DNA of 63,666 nucleotides, the filler included, from Basidiobolus meristosporus CBS 931.73 (Eukaryota > Fungi > Basidiobolomycota): assembly GCA_002104905.1 (NCBI GenBank). It is 5 parts of 5 records of this genome, joined end to end, with 100 filler letters (N's around TTAATTAATTAA, not from the genome) between each part and the next. Parts side by side here need not be neighbours in the genome. Positions count along the whole stretch, not along the records: positions 29,547 to 46,941 come from MCFE01001088.1; 4 more parts are not named here. One strand, written 5' to 3'. The notes under the pieces are model-generated. The model saw nothing but the letters and a program-made list of their open reading frames with translations. It was not told the origin of the DNA and did not search any database. How positions within the stretch are numbered: position 1 is the first letter of the stretch; every line of letters starts with the position of its first letter. Of the stretch, positions 31,924 to 44,187 are shown piece after piece. A program made the translations under genes and the position numbers.

Positions 31924-33210
31924 CTATTAGCTCTGTATGTGAATAAGCATATTATAGCTGCCAATAACCTAGCACCATTGGAAGAAACTAAATCCAGCCT
32001 GTCTAAAGAGTTCAAGATGTCCAATCTAGAAGAACTCAGACACTACCTAGGGATTAAGTTCTCCATAGATAGAAGTACCCAGACTATCACCCTAAGCCAA
32101 TCCAAGTATATTCAGGATATACTAAAAACGTATCAAATGGAAGACTGCAATCTGACAGCTACACCAATGGAGGATAACCTTAACTTAGTCAAAACTGAAC
32201 CAAATCAAGTGAGCCTAGTGCCATCTGAGAGCCCTGACATTATTTACCAGTCTATAGCTAGCAGTCTGATGAATATCATGCTTGGAACATATCCAGGTAT
32301 ATAATATTTACTTAGAGTTGTCAGCCGGTGTGGTGGTGTAGAGGTACTCCTGGGAGAAGCTACACAACTCAAGGTGTGTGAGGTGTCTGATGGGTGCAAT
32401 AACCTCTGTGTCTAAACTGCTGGTGTCTTTGTCAATATGCCACTATGGTAAAAGCTCCTGCTTCTCTAGCTTCCTAGGTGCTCCAAGTGTCTCCAAAGGC
32501 CTCTGTGTGTCTTGTGCACTACCCTGAAAAGCTCCTTGAGGGCAGGTCTGAGATGTACTGTTGAAGGCAGGTGCAGTGATCAACTGCTAATCAATAAGGG
32601 AGAAGTGTTACTGATAGAAGGGATGATTTATTGATGAGGGATTGCTTTCCCTTAAATACTTTTCCTGATTGCCAAGTGATTACTAATGACAAGGTTCTAG
32701 AAGATTCTAGGTATCAGTGGAATTCTTGATGACATCACTATGAGCTAAAAATATGCTAAGAATGTCCTGGAAGGTTCTAAAAGGCACAGCACTCTCAACC
32801 AATCAGGAATCAGTAGTCTGAAACCTGTGCAACATAGAAATACCATATATGGTATTGAAATGGTAGGGATGGTAACACAGACCTAGGTCATGTGTCACGG
32901 GTACTGACGCGGGTACTTGCCTTATATAGATACATCTACTGATCACAAAGCTGAATAACATCTGGGATAACTAATGCTAATAACTAATCAAGGTAAACAT
33001 CATATGGGGATAATACTGATAATATGGGCAAAAGAAGAATGGGATAATACTGATAAGATAAAATATGGATAAGTATATCATAATGACTATATGAATAAAC
33101 TTGTCTGTGGGAGGTATGTTTACCCTACCACATCCACCCCCCACTTGAGCTAAAAAGTTTCAGGGAACTTTTTAGCTAACCACTGTAAGTTTGGAGAACA
33201 AAGTGCTCTC

Positions 33211-35067
33211 TCAGTCTTCCTCAAAGAAGCCACCTGTCCTTTCTTGAGATAGAAATCTACATGATGTCATTGATCGGATATTGTTTGAGTCCACACTACA
33301 GAAGGTTGCTGTTAGTCCTGGGCTCTCTGAGTATATAGTATACCATGCTGAACCATCTGGGTAGTTCACTGCAGTTGCTCTTGCTTTTACTTCCCATGGT
33401 CTTCCAAGAAGTAATTCAAAGTTAGCCGTTGCACAAATGAATACTGGGATCTCATGGGGTATTCCTTCAATGATGAGAGGGAAGCTGTGAATAATTCCTA
33501 AAAGCTTTGATTGCCCTGAGTTGGCATCCTTCATGCTCCAATTGATATTGGTGTCTATGGGCAATAAGTCTTTGCATGGTAGTTGTTTCCAAGCCTCCAA
33601 AGGCATCACACATATCTCAGATCCACTGTCTATATGACATAGGATTTCTTGATTATGCACAGTTCCTGTAGTTGTTGCAGTTGCCACTGAGTAGTAGTGT
33701 TTCTGGCTTTGATGCAGCTTACTGATATTTTGGCTTCCTTGAACTGTCCTGACCTGGTTGCCTTGAGTTGATTCAATTGGATGCTTTCTTATTCTGATAT
33801 GCTCATCCAGAGTCTTTCTTACAGATGGTGATACACTGAGTAGCTCTCCAACCTTGATTGATATGTTGCTTCCTAGTATATGACTTGTCAGAGCCTCTGG
33901 GGTACCATTTTGCTTTACTCTAGGCTGCATGTGGTAGTTGTTGGCCTTGGTAGACTCTTGTAAAATTAATGGGGGTGATGCTTTCTTCTCAATCACAACT
34001 TCTGGCTCACATCTTGGTACATTTGTTGGTGGGCCTGGATTAGCCATTTTTTCAGGATGGTGTCTCTTTGAAGCATAAATTGAAGCTATATGATCTTGGG
34101 CCTCTCTGGGGTCCTCATAGTCAAAGTTCAGAACTTCAGCTGGATCAAAGTAGTCAGGATCTTCTTCTTCATGGAGGTGAACCTTTCTTGTATGAGAGGT
34201 GACTTGCTTGTAGTGAACTCTCATTCCTCCTTGTCCAAATGCTGTGGATAATTTGTCACCATGCTTACTGACTATGTATCCCTGAGGACTATATAGGACA
34301 TCACCTGTGGATAGTAATGACTGAAGCTCTTGGCAATTTCTCTTGGAATGGTTGGCAGAGTCACACCACATGCATGTATATTTGACTACTTTCTCTACTG
34401 GCTTCTGACCATAAGCTTTGCTGGAAAGTAGCAAAGAGAGTTTCTCTAGTTGCTGTGTCAGCTCCTGAATTTGAGTGCTTTGATTGCTGGGATTAAGTAT
34501 GTCTTGGCTATCTTGGTTTTGTTCTGGGCTTGAAAGAAGCTTTCTGATTGGTGAGGTTTCTTCAGGGGCAAGTAGAATCTGCTTAGCTAACTGAAATGCA
34601 GGCAGTGAACTCATTGCTTTCACAGTAGGATTGTTTTCAATCCTTCTCACTAGGTCTTCTGGTAGTGCTCTGAGAAGATAGGCAGATAAAGTGAGATCAG
34701 TTATAACTCCTTGGGCTTTCAGTGACTCTCCAATTTGCTCAAGGCCACTCAGGTATTCTTTCAATGGTAGCAGCTTAAACTTGCTATAAGCAAAGTTCTC
34801 CAAGTCTTGAAGTGTGTAGTCAACTTGTCTCTCTCCATATTCATCAATCAAGTAGCTCTTCAACAGGGTCCAATTTGTCAGCATATCATTTCTTTCATAT
34901 AATGAGAGCATGATCTCATCAGTGCTGTAGGGGGGCATCTCTTCAGCCATAATGGCCTCAGGTATTTTGTGGGCTCTGCAGAAAAGCTCCCACCTCTTGA
35001 TGAAAGCTTTGACTTTAGTTCCATCAAAGAAAGGGGTTCCTTGCATTCCTGGTAAAGGTAGATCCAT
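33211..35067 (-). CDS. Gag + aspartic protease (618 aa)
   Basis: Intact ORF with CMWCDSANHSKRNC knuckle, HIDSGSEICVM protease active site and LLLGRPW. Confidence 0.9.
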   Translation of the reverse strand: MDLPLPGMQGTPFFDGTKVKAFIKRWELFCRAHKIPEAIMAEEMPPYSTDEIMLSLYERNDMLTNWTLLKSYLIDEYGERQVDYTLQDLENFAYSKFKLLPLKEYLSGLEQIGESLKAQGVITDLTLSAYLLRALPEDLVRRIENNPTVKAMSSLPAFQLAKQILLAPEETSPIRKLLSSPEQNQDSQDILNPSNQSTQIQELTQQLEKLSLLLSSKAYGQKPVEKVVKYTCMWCDSANHSKRNCQELQSLLSTGDVLYSPQGYIVSKHGDKLSTAFGQGGMRVHYKQVTSHTRKVHLHEEEDPDYFDPAEVLNFDYEDPREAQDHIASIYASKRHHPEKMANPGPPTNVPRCEPEVVIEKKASPPLILQESTKANNYHMQPRVKQNGTPEALTSHILGSNISIKVGELLSVSPSVRKTLDEHIRIRKHPIESTQGNQVRTVQGSQNISKLHQSQKHYYSVATATTTGTVHNQEILCHIDSGSEICVMPLEAWKQLPCKDLLPIDTNINWSMKDANSGQSKLLGIIHSFPLIIEGIPHEIPVFICATANFELLLGRPWEVKARATAVNYPDGSAWYTIYSESPGLTATFCSVDSNNIRSMTSCRFLSQERTGGFFEED

Positions 35068-35120
35068 GGTCTTGATAATTTGTTCCTTCTTAAGTCTTCT
35101 AGGGGCAGTTCAGTCAAACC

Positions 35121-35137
35121 CCCCACGTTGGGTGCCA
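35121..35137 (-). promoter_or_regulatory. Primer-binding site, tRNA-Lys type (TGGCACCCAACGTGGGG)
   Basis: 4 nt inside the 5' LTR boundary. 16/17 match to the retroviral tRNA-Lys1,2 PBS TGGCGCCCAACGTGGGG. Confidence 0.85.
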
Positions 35138-36929
35138 AATATGTGGTGGTGTAGAGGTACTCCTGGGAGAAGCTACACAACTCAAGGTGTGTGAGGTGTC
35201 TGATGGGTGCAATAACCTCTGTGTCTAAACTGCTGGTGTCTTTGTCAATATGCCACTATGGTAAAAGCTCCTGCTTCTCTAGCTTCCTAGGTGCTCCAAG
35301 TGTCTCCAAAGGCCTCTGTGTGTCTTGTGCACTACCCTGAAAAGCTCCTTGAGGGCAGGTCTGAGATGTACTGTTGAAGGCAGGTGCAGTGATCAACTGC
35401 TAATCAATAAGGGAGAAGTGTTACTGATAGAAGGGATGATTTATTGATGAGGGATTGCTTTCCCTTAAATACTTTTCCTGATTGCCAAGTGATTACTAAT
35501 GACAAGGTTCTAGAAGATTCTAGGTATCAGTGGAATTCTTGATGACATCACTATGAGCTAAAAATATGCTAAGAATGTCCTGGAAGGTTCTAAAAGGCAC
35601 AGCACTCTCAACCAATCAGGAATCAGTAGTCTGAAACCTGTGCAACATAGAAATACCATATATGGTATTGAAATGGTAGGGATGGTAACACAGACCTAGG
35701 TCATGTGTCACGGGTACTGACGCGGGTACTTGCCTTATATAGATACATCTACTGATCACAAAGCTGAATAACATCTGGGATAACTAATGCTAATAACTAA
35801 TCAAGGTAAACATCATATGGGGATAATACTGATAATATGGGCAAAAGAAGAATGGGATAATACTGATAAGATAAAATATGGATAAGTATATCATAATGAC
35901 TATATGAATAAACTTGTCTGTGGGAGGTATGTTTACCCTACCACACCGGCATAACCAGAACTATGGATCTGATCATATTGCAGCAGTTAAGCAGATTTTT
36001 AGATACCTAAAAGGAGATATGGATATCTGCTTAAGATACACATATAAAAATTCAGAACAGAATCTTGTGGGATCAACTGATGCTGATTGGGGACAAAATT
36101 TGGAAGTCATAATATCTACCACAGGATACACCTTTCTTTACTATACAGGAGCAAATTCATGGAATTCAAGAAAGCAGCCAACCATAGCTCTTTCCACCAC
36201 AGAGGCAGAGTATATGGCAGCCTGTGAAGCTACAAAAGAAGCAATGTGGTTAAGAAAGCTTTTTACAGATTTAGGCCTATATAAAAATGCCTATTACTTT
36301 ATATCGAGATAATCATGGATGTATACAATTAGGTAGAAATCCAACTTTTCATGCTAGAACCAAGTGCACAGATATTATACATCATTTCATATGCAATGCT
36401 ATAGAGAACAATCTAGTTAGCTTAGTTTACTGTCTTCCAGATGAAATGATTGCAGACATATCTACAAAACTATTAGCAAGAGACAAGTTTGAATATCTTA
36501 GGTCAAAATTAGGACTAGTCAGTATGAACATTTAGCTGAGTGTGAGTGTTGTAAGAATTTGTAATCCCACCTAAATATTCACCTAACTTGGTCACTTAGA
36601 TCATTACCTTGAAATCCTACAGAATCCTGACCAAGTTCCTTGTTGGGATTTACTTAGAGTATTTTCACCAACTACCAGGAACCCAGAACATGAAAATTCT
36701 CAAAGTTGTCCAAAATGCTCCAAACTTGGCACAAATGTTCTTGGGTCCTTCCTTAGCCTTTTCTATGTGTTTGCAATGCCAAGACAATGTAAAATTATAA
36801 ATATCACTTTTACAATCAATAAATCATAAAGTGAAAACCACATAATCTACTTATCCTCCCAGATCACTTCCAATATCTTCAAGATTCTTACAGTAGTGGG
36901 TTGATGCAATGAAATATGTGGGCCTACTA

Positions 36930-38520
36930 ACTACCCACAAGGATTTGATAGTCACTATCCTGAGCAGCCTGACAGACAGGTTTTAAGGCTTTTATTAGCC
37001 CTAAAGTCCAGAACTGAAGATTTGACCTTGAATTATATGTATGGATGGCTCCTGGATGAAGAATCAAGAAAATCAGGCTCCAACAAGAAAGAAGCAAAAA
37101 TGTTTTTATAGGCATTGATAGCCAGCAAAGGAGGTACTTAAGACCCTTTAAAGGCAAGAGCAGCTTGTTTTGCAACCACTGTAAAAGGAGAGGATACCCA
37201 TGACTCTGGTACCTCAACAAGAGAGCTAATATGCAGAGAAGTGGGAATATGGAAATGCTGCTACAACCAAGGATAGGCTATCCATATCTGTACTAAATAT
37301 GACCACAAGCAAGGATTCTTAGACATTGTATATTGACTCTGGAGGATCTCAGCACTTTACATACCAAAAGCAACATTTTACCCAACATTAAGAAATTTGA
37401 ATTAACAAATATCTTATGGGTGATGATAGAGCACTTGATGCAGTTGGAGAAGGAATCATCTGAGTAAGCCTTAGAAGCAGTAAAAGAATCCATACACTTG
37501 CCTTCCAAAAAGTACTCCATGTGCTAGAAATAGCCAAGAAGCTACTATCTGTAAGCAAGGCTACAGCAAAAGGACCCAATTTCTATTTTGAAATTTCTGG
37601 ATGCCAGATGACTGATGCAAATGGTGCCCATATTGCTTTGGGGATCAGGGACCAGATCAACACTCCTTGATCAAATTATACTACAATTTTTGGGAAGATT
37701 CAATTGCCACAGCTGTATAGCTTAAAAATGGGGGTGATAACAGAATTCTTTGTGATTATACTCCATTAGAAGCATGGTATGGATACAGACCAGGTGCAGA
37801 ACATCTAAGAATATTTGGGTGTTCAGCATTTGTTGAGAAACTGCCCGGAAATCCGTAAAAATTTGAGCCAAAAGTGTAAAATACATATTTTGGGGCTACT
37901 GCAATGAAATTAAAGCACACAGACTCTACCATGCCAAAGCAAAGAAGCTGACCAAGTCCAGGGATGTGTTCTTTGATGAAAATTCAAAATTTTCTCCAAA
38001 AATGAGATCTGATGAAGGCAAAAATCTGATCTCAAGTCCACTAATAGACAGAATTAAGTCAGTGCAAAGCAATGAAGATTTTTTCACTCCAGAAGACTCA
38101 ACAACCACTGTTTGGCCCAAGTTAGGCCCAGGAATATATCAGAAGTGATCATTCCAGTATCATATGCTAGGAGATCCAACTGGACAACAAATAGCCTAAA
38201 TTACTATATTAATGAGAGCACAAACTTAGACTATGCCTATGAAGTACATATCAATGAGCCCCAGGATAAAAAGAGGCCCTTAATAGCCCTCAGACAGAGT
38301 CTTGGAGATCTACAATTACTGAGAGGTATCAGGCCCTCAAGGAAGATAAAACTTGGGACTTGGCCATATTACTAATCAAGCAAAAATTAATAGGATTAAG
38401 ATGGGTTTTTTAGACAAAAAACAAGGCTGATGGTATAGCTGAAAGATAGAAAGCAAGACCTGTGGCCAAGGGATACTAAAATGTGTATCACACTATGAGC
38501 TACACTGATACTTACCATTT
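36930..38520 (+). mobile_element. Highly decayed Ty1/copia internal region
   Basis: Alignable in pieces to gag, PR, IN and start of RT at 60199-62650; many stops and deletions. Confidence 0.75.
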
Positions 38521-40057
38521 TGGTTACCATCACTCCAATTGGATGGTATCTCAGTGGTTGATTGGTCCAAAGTGTCCTGAGGCTGTCAGCCCCCAATTGC
38601 TCTTTGACCAATACACAAGCCGACTGATTTGCCAACAAATATCCCATTTTGCCCACTAAGAAGTAAATCCCTGATCCTAGTGATTGGACAAGGTGTCAAA
38701 GCTGGCACGCAACCAATTGTATGGGTGCAAATCAGCTCAAATGGCTGCACTGGTGCCACAAATGATGTATACATATGCAGGGTGTTTATTTATAGGGGTC
38801 CTGTCCCAAATGTGAGACAACCCTGATATTGCTTATATCAAATATTAGTGATCACTGATTTGCAATGGCTTGATGCCAGTTGCAAAAAAAATGCGTTGTT
38901 TGGATCATTACAAATAATAGCAATTCAGTGCAATCTCATCATCTTCTCATAGGCTTTTTTCTCACAGGGACTACTACTGAAGCATTTGGTAGTGGTTAAC
39001 TTTGCACACCTAAACTACTTTTTTGTTGACTATTCTCTTGGCTACTTGTGTATTTTTAGTCAGTATTTTGCCTCCTAGTTGATGAGTGCAATGCTGCAGC
39101 TTGGCCACACAGAATTGCTCCAGATGATGCAACTGAGCCAGCCTACTGTGCTATGTGCTGATGTGTTCTTTTACTTGCCAAAGGCTCTGGTGGTGGAGGC
39201 ACCTCATGTGGGTCATCATGAGGTTAAAACTCATTCAGAATCTCTTTGGTTCCCAAAGTCAAGGCACAAACAAATGTGTCTGGCCTGTACTGGGCAAATT
39301 GTGTGTAAAATTGTTGCTGCAGGGCTTCTTCATCAAATCCCCTTACTCTCTGCTCATTCTTGATTTCAATCTTGTTGTGTCATATATCTTCTTGCATACA
39401 TCTGCTGGCATCTTGATGTAGAACTCATGCCACAGCTTTCTACTCAGGTTCTTCCATCACTGTTGACTCTCCAAGGTATCTAGTTCTGCTAGATTAATGA
39501 ATAGTGCCCAAATATCTGTATGAAGGCTAATCATAGACACTTGGGCCATACTGAAATCATTTGGCAAGAACTCAAACAGATCTGACCTCAACTTTTCTGG
39601 TTCAGACTGCGCTTGTGAGCTGGGGGATGGGTTTTGTCTGGGTTGTACTAAAGATGAGTTGAGACTTGGCATAGGGACCATAGTGATGAATTTGGTTACT
39701 TATACAGTAGTGTATTGGCATCAACCTGGTCTTATATGAAATATATATGAAAACTAATGTGATTGTTGAATTTTCCATATATTATGCATGATGCATCTTG
39801 GATTGCATTGACATGGATCAGATCACATCAATTACAGGTTGCATATTTGATTATAGAGTTTTGAGTAAAACACCAATAAAAAGACCCAGTCATTGTTTGA
39901 GGATGATTTTTGCAACATAATGATGAGAAACAAGGCAATTGATGGAGATTTGATCATAATGCATGGAAAATCAGATAAATAAAGCCAGTTGCACCAGATT
40001 GACTTAAATCACCTCAGCCTGATCCTCTACCAGTTTTAATATGACTTACTCATCTGA

Positions 40058-40920
40058 ATGGTTTTTCTCATCAATCCCATCACTACCATTGGACTTATTT
40101 TTGAGACACCAGAGGAGATCTATACCAAGTACTGTGGCTCATCTACCCCAATCTACTCAAGGAGATCCCTTGTTAAGCTGCTCTGCTATTACAAGAACTA
40201 TTGCCCTACAAGGTCCCATCCCACCATCCATGGCAACAAAAGTCATGGAAGCTTCCATTCCCAGCTTACAGCAATGGAGAACCACCTTGCAGAGGGTATG
40301 AATGACTTAGAGCAAGCTTGGAGTACTAGGTTCAGAAACTCCAATAGACTTCAATATCCCAGAGTGTTCAGCAACAGGTACCATATAAGGAGTACTTTGG
40401 ATGCCTTCCCAGTCAAGATTAACAGACCTTCTAGAGGGCAGAGGCACTTTTATTCTGGCAAGTACATGGCACACTGTGTAAAGTTTCATGTGCTGCCTGA
40501 CATTGAGGATAGCATCATCTGGTTTGGTGGGCCATTTGCTGGAAGCAGGCATGTCAAAGCACTCTGGGTAGTGAATCATCCAGAATTCTGTAGAGGAGAG
40601 ATATATATGGCAGGCCTAGCTCATATATGAGAGAATTGCCAGAGATTAAGATTTGTTACAGCTTATAGGAAGCCATGGAATGGTGTGCTTAGCAGGAAGC
40701 AGAAGCTCTACAATGAGATATTTATTCATTTCAGAGTAAGGGTAGAGCATATGTTTGGATCTCAGAAGAGATTCAGCATAATGGCAGGTAAATACAGAGA
40801 AAATTATATATAGGAGAAAACAGCAGAATAGGTAAAATAGTTAAGATACTTTTCAATGCACAGTATATTCATGCAAGAAGATATTCACTGAGAGAAATGT
40901 GTCCGGAGCATTATGAAGAG
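40058..40920 (+). pseudogene. PIF/Harbinger (DDE_Tnp_4) transposase relic
   Basis: TLDAFPVKINRP...FYSGKYMAHCVKF...GSRH, and downstream RVRVEHMFG in a shifted frame. Confidence 0.8.
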
Positions 40921-43900
40921 TAAATACAGCAAGGAAAGCACTACTCTGAGCAACATAAGTAAGATTGAGTAAAGTTACTAGTAATTATATCTTACCACTG
41001 GCATTATGGTGTTACAAGTCTTGGTATAAGAGTTGTAGAGGGATAGGGAGTTTAGCTAGTATTGTATTCACTAAAACTTGAACTGATTTTTATTGAGGTT
41101 CCAGCAGCTCCTTATATACATTTTTCCAGATCAATTGCTGACTAATTGTATTCCCTAATGTAGGTTGTGGCTGATGACTCATCTGATTGCATCATCATCA
41201 CCCAATAAGATCCTACCTAATATATCTATTTCTGTCTGATAAGGATCTGCTGATTCATTTGCTGACTAATGCTACTGATTTGATAGATAATACTGATATA
41301 CTGATAACATAAACATATTCTAATTGATTTGACTAAAAACTGATCTAACTTAAACATTCAAGCGGCAGATCATAACATTCTCCCCTACTAAAGTTGAGAG
41401 GGTTCTCCTGAATCTCTTTTCTTGTGATACCAATATCTTGATGGTTCAGTATTATCAGCAAGTCTTGCAAGCTTGAGTCTGTCCCTATGCACTAAGTCTT
41501 CCCAGATATTGCCTTGTTTGTCCACCAGTTGGTAAGTTGCAAATGGACATTCTCTGATGATCTTGAATGGTCCTGTTCATTGTGGCTCAAACTTCTTCCA
41601 AGTGTTGTTTCTTAGCAATACAAAGTTCCCAACTGTCAATGCTTCTGGTGCTATAGTCTTATCAAATCTCTACTTCATCTTTTCTGCACTTTGAGATACT
41701 TTGGTCTGTGCCTCTTGACGTCTTTGTTCCAGTTGCTGGTGTCTACTTGACTGACTGAGTTCATCTTCTAAGGTGTCTATAAGCTTTGGTTGTGTGAGAT
41801 CTCCTGGAATCCTTGGTTCACATCCATACACTAAGTAAAATGGTGCATGCAAAGAGTGCTTGGTCTATATACTCATCCCATCTACTGACAACTCCATTTG
41901 CATACTTGGTGAGCATTTTTCCAAATAATCCATTAAACCGCTTGGTGACTCCATTAGTTCTGGGGTGATATGCCAAGGTTTCAGGTGTCTGATCTGCTGC
42001 ATTTCCAGGTAAGCCTCTAATGTCTTTGCCATAAAGTTTGCTCCTCTATCAGATTAGATCTCCACAGGGCATCCAAACTTCATCAGGATCTCATGGTAAA
42101 TGAAACCTGCAAGTTCTTGCTCACTGGCTATTGGTACAGCTTTAGCAACTGGCCATTTAGTGGCATGGTCAATTGCTACTAGGATCCAACAGTTGCATTT
42201 CCTGGTAGTTGGCAGTCTTCCAATAAAGTCAATTCCCCATCTCTCAGATGGTCTTACATGCTCCAAAGGGAAGAGTTTGGCAATTCTTTGTGGCTGGCCT
42301 TGATTGATTTAGCAGTTTGGGCATGTTTTCACTAGCTTCTCAATATCTTGTTTCATTCTGGGCCACCATGCTCTGGCTTTCACAGGGCTATAGGTTCCTT
42401 CAATCCCAAGATGTCCATATCCATTGTGTAGCTTATGTATTAAATCCAGGCAAGAAACATAAGGGCAATAGGCAATAGGGCTTCCATCAACAATTTGGTA
42501 GAGTGTTTCATCCTGTACTACAAATTTGCTGGCTTCATCACGGATTATCTTCTTGATATCTTCATCCACCTCATTAGGAATGGCTTGGTCCTCCAAGTAC
42601 TTTGGTAATAGGCTAAAAGTTGAGTTGTGCAACTTGATCTAATCTTGATAAGGCGTCAGCAACTGTGTTGTTTTTTCCAGGGAAGTAGACAATCTCCAGG
42701 TCAAATTGCTGAATGTATTTGCTCCATCTTGTCATTCTTCTAGAGAGTACTTTCTGAGTAAATATATACTTGAGGGAGGCATGATCAGTCTTCACAGTGC
42801 ATTTGACTCCTTCAATATAGCATCTCCATGTCTTCAAACAGTGTATTATAGCAAGCATCTCCTTCTCATGGACTGGATAGTTTTGTTCTGCTGAGTTCAG
42901 TTTCTTGGATTCAAAGGCAACAGGGTAGTCCTTTCCCTTGTGTTCTTGGCTCAGCACTCCACCAATTGCACAATCTGAAGCATCTGTGCACAGAGTGAAC
43001 TCTTTTCTGAAGTCTGGTATTCTTATGCTTGGCAGCTTAGCAAGTTCATTCTTGAGTGTCTGGAAGGCAGTCTCACAAGCTATGTCCCACTTGTAGGTAT
43101 TGTCTTTCTTGAGGATATCAGTTAAAGGGGCTGCAATACTTGCAAAAGACTTGACAAATCTCCGATAATAGGAAACCATTCCAAGGAAGGATCTGAGTTC
43201 TGATATGCTATGGGGCTGCTTCAAATTCTTGATTACTTCCACCTTCTTGGGGTCTACGGTTACTCCTGTGCTAGTCACTATGTGTCCCAGGTATTCAACA
43301 TGTTCCTTGAAGAATTCACACTTGGCTAGCTTGCCATATAGCTTGTTCTCTCTTAGTTTCTTCAAGACCTTTTCAATGTGCACCATGTGATCCTTTTCTG
43401 TCTTGCTGTATATCAATATGTCATCCAGGTAGATTATCACAAACTTGTCTAAGTACACCTGAAAGACAGTCTGCATCAGCGTCATGAATGTTGCAGGGGC
43501 ATTAGTGAGGCCAAAACTCATGACTAAGTACTTGTAATGTCCATATCTGGTCCTGAAATGCTGTCTTAGGAATATCTTCTGGTTTCACCCTAATCTGGTT
43601 GTATCCTGACATGAGGTCAATCTTGCTGACAATAGTGGCTCCATTAAGTTGGTCCAACAAGCTCATCAATCCAAGGTATGGGGTACTTATTCTTGATGGT
43701 AACTGAGTTCAGGGCTTCTGTAGTCAATGCACATCCTAAGTGTTCCATCCTTCTTTTTTGCAAAAAGCACTGGTGCTCCCCAGGGTGACTTGCTGGGCTG
43801 ATGTATCCTTGCTCCAATAGCTGATCAATTTGTCTCTTCATTTCCTCCTATTCCAATGGACTCATTCTGTAAGGTGTCTTGCTCACTGGAGGGCTATCAC

Positions 43901-44187
43901 TGTGTCAATGGCATGATCCACGTCTCTGACTGGTGGTAGGTTACAAGCTCATCTGAAACACGTCTGAATATTCTTCAGAGTGTCTGACTGCTGGGGTGCT
44001 GGGTAGAGGAATCCTCCTGTAAACACCATGAGGAGCATCTGAGTACTTTCTAAGCGCTCTACAGAACTGGTCTTGCTAGTTCACTTGTCTCACACATACT
44101 GAATTGACAAGTTAAATCAGCTGCAGTAAGCTCATAGTTGTGTCTTTTGATCTGAGTAGCATGGGTTCTGTTGTTGATGTGATTAGT

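Larger units (their letters stand above)
32329..35945 (-). mobile_element. Non-autonomous Ty3/gypsy-type LTR element encoding only Gag-protease
   Basis: Two 804-bp LTRs (32329-33132, 35142-35945; TG...CA; no differences seen), CCGG target duplication, PBS, PPT, single 618-aa ORF, no RT/RNase H/IN. Confidence 0.92.
31924..36890 (+). mobile_element. Decayed Ty1/copia RT-RNase H + 3' LTR (from ~36547), split by the LTR element at 32329-35945
   Basis: RT fragment 31924-32328 resumes at 35950 (…GTTGTCAG CCGG | CCGG CATAACC…), followed by RNase H and LTR. Confidence 0.85.
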
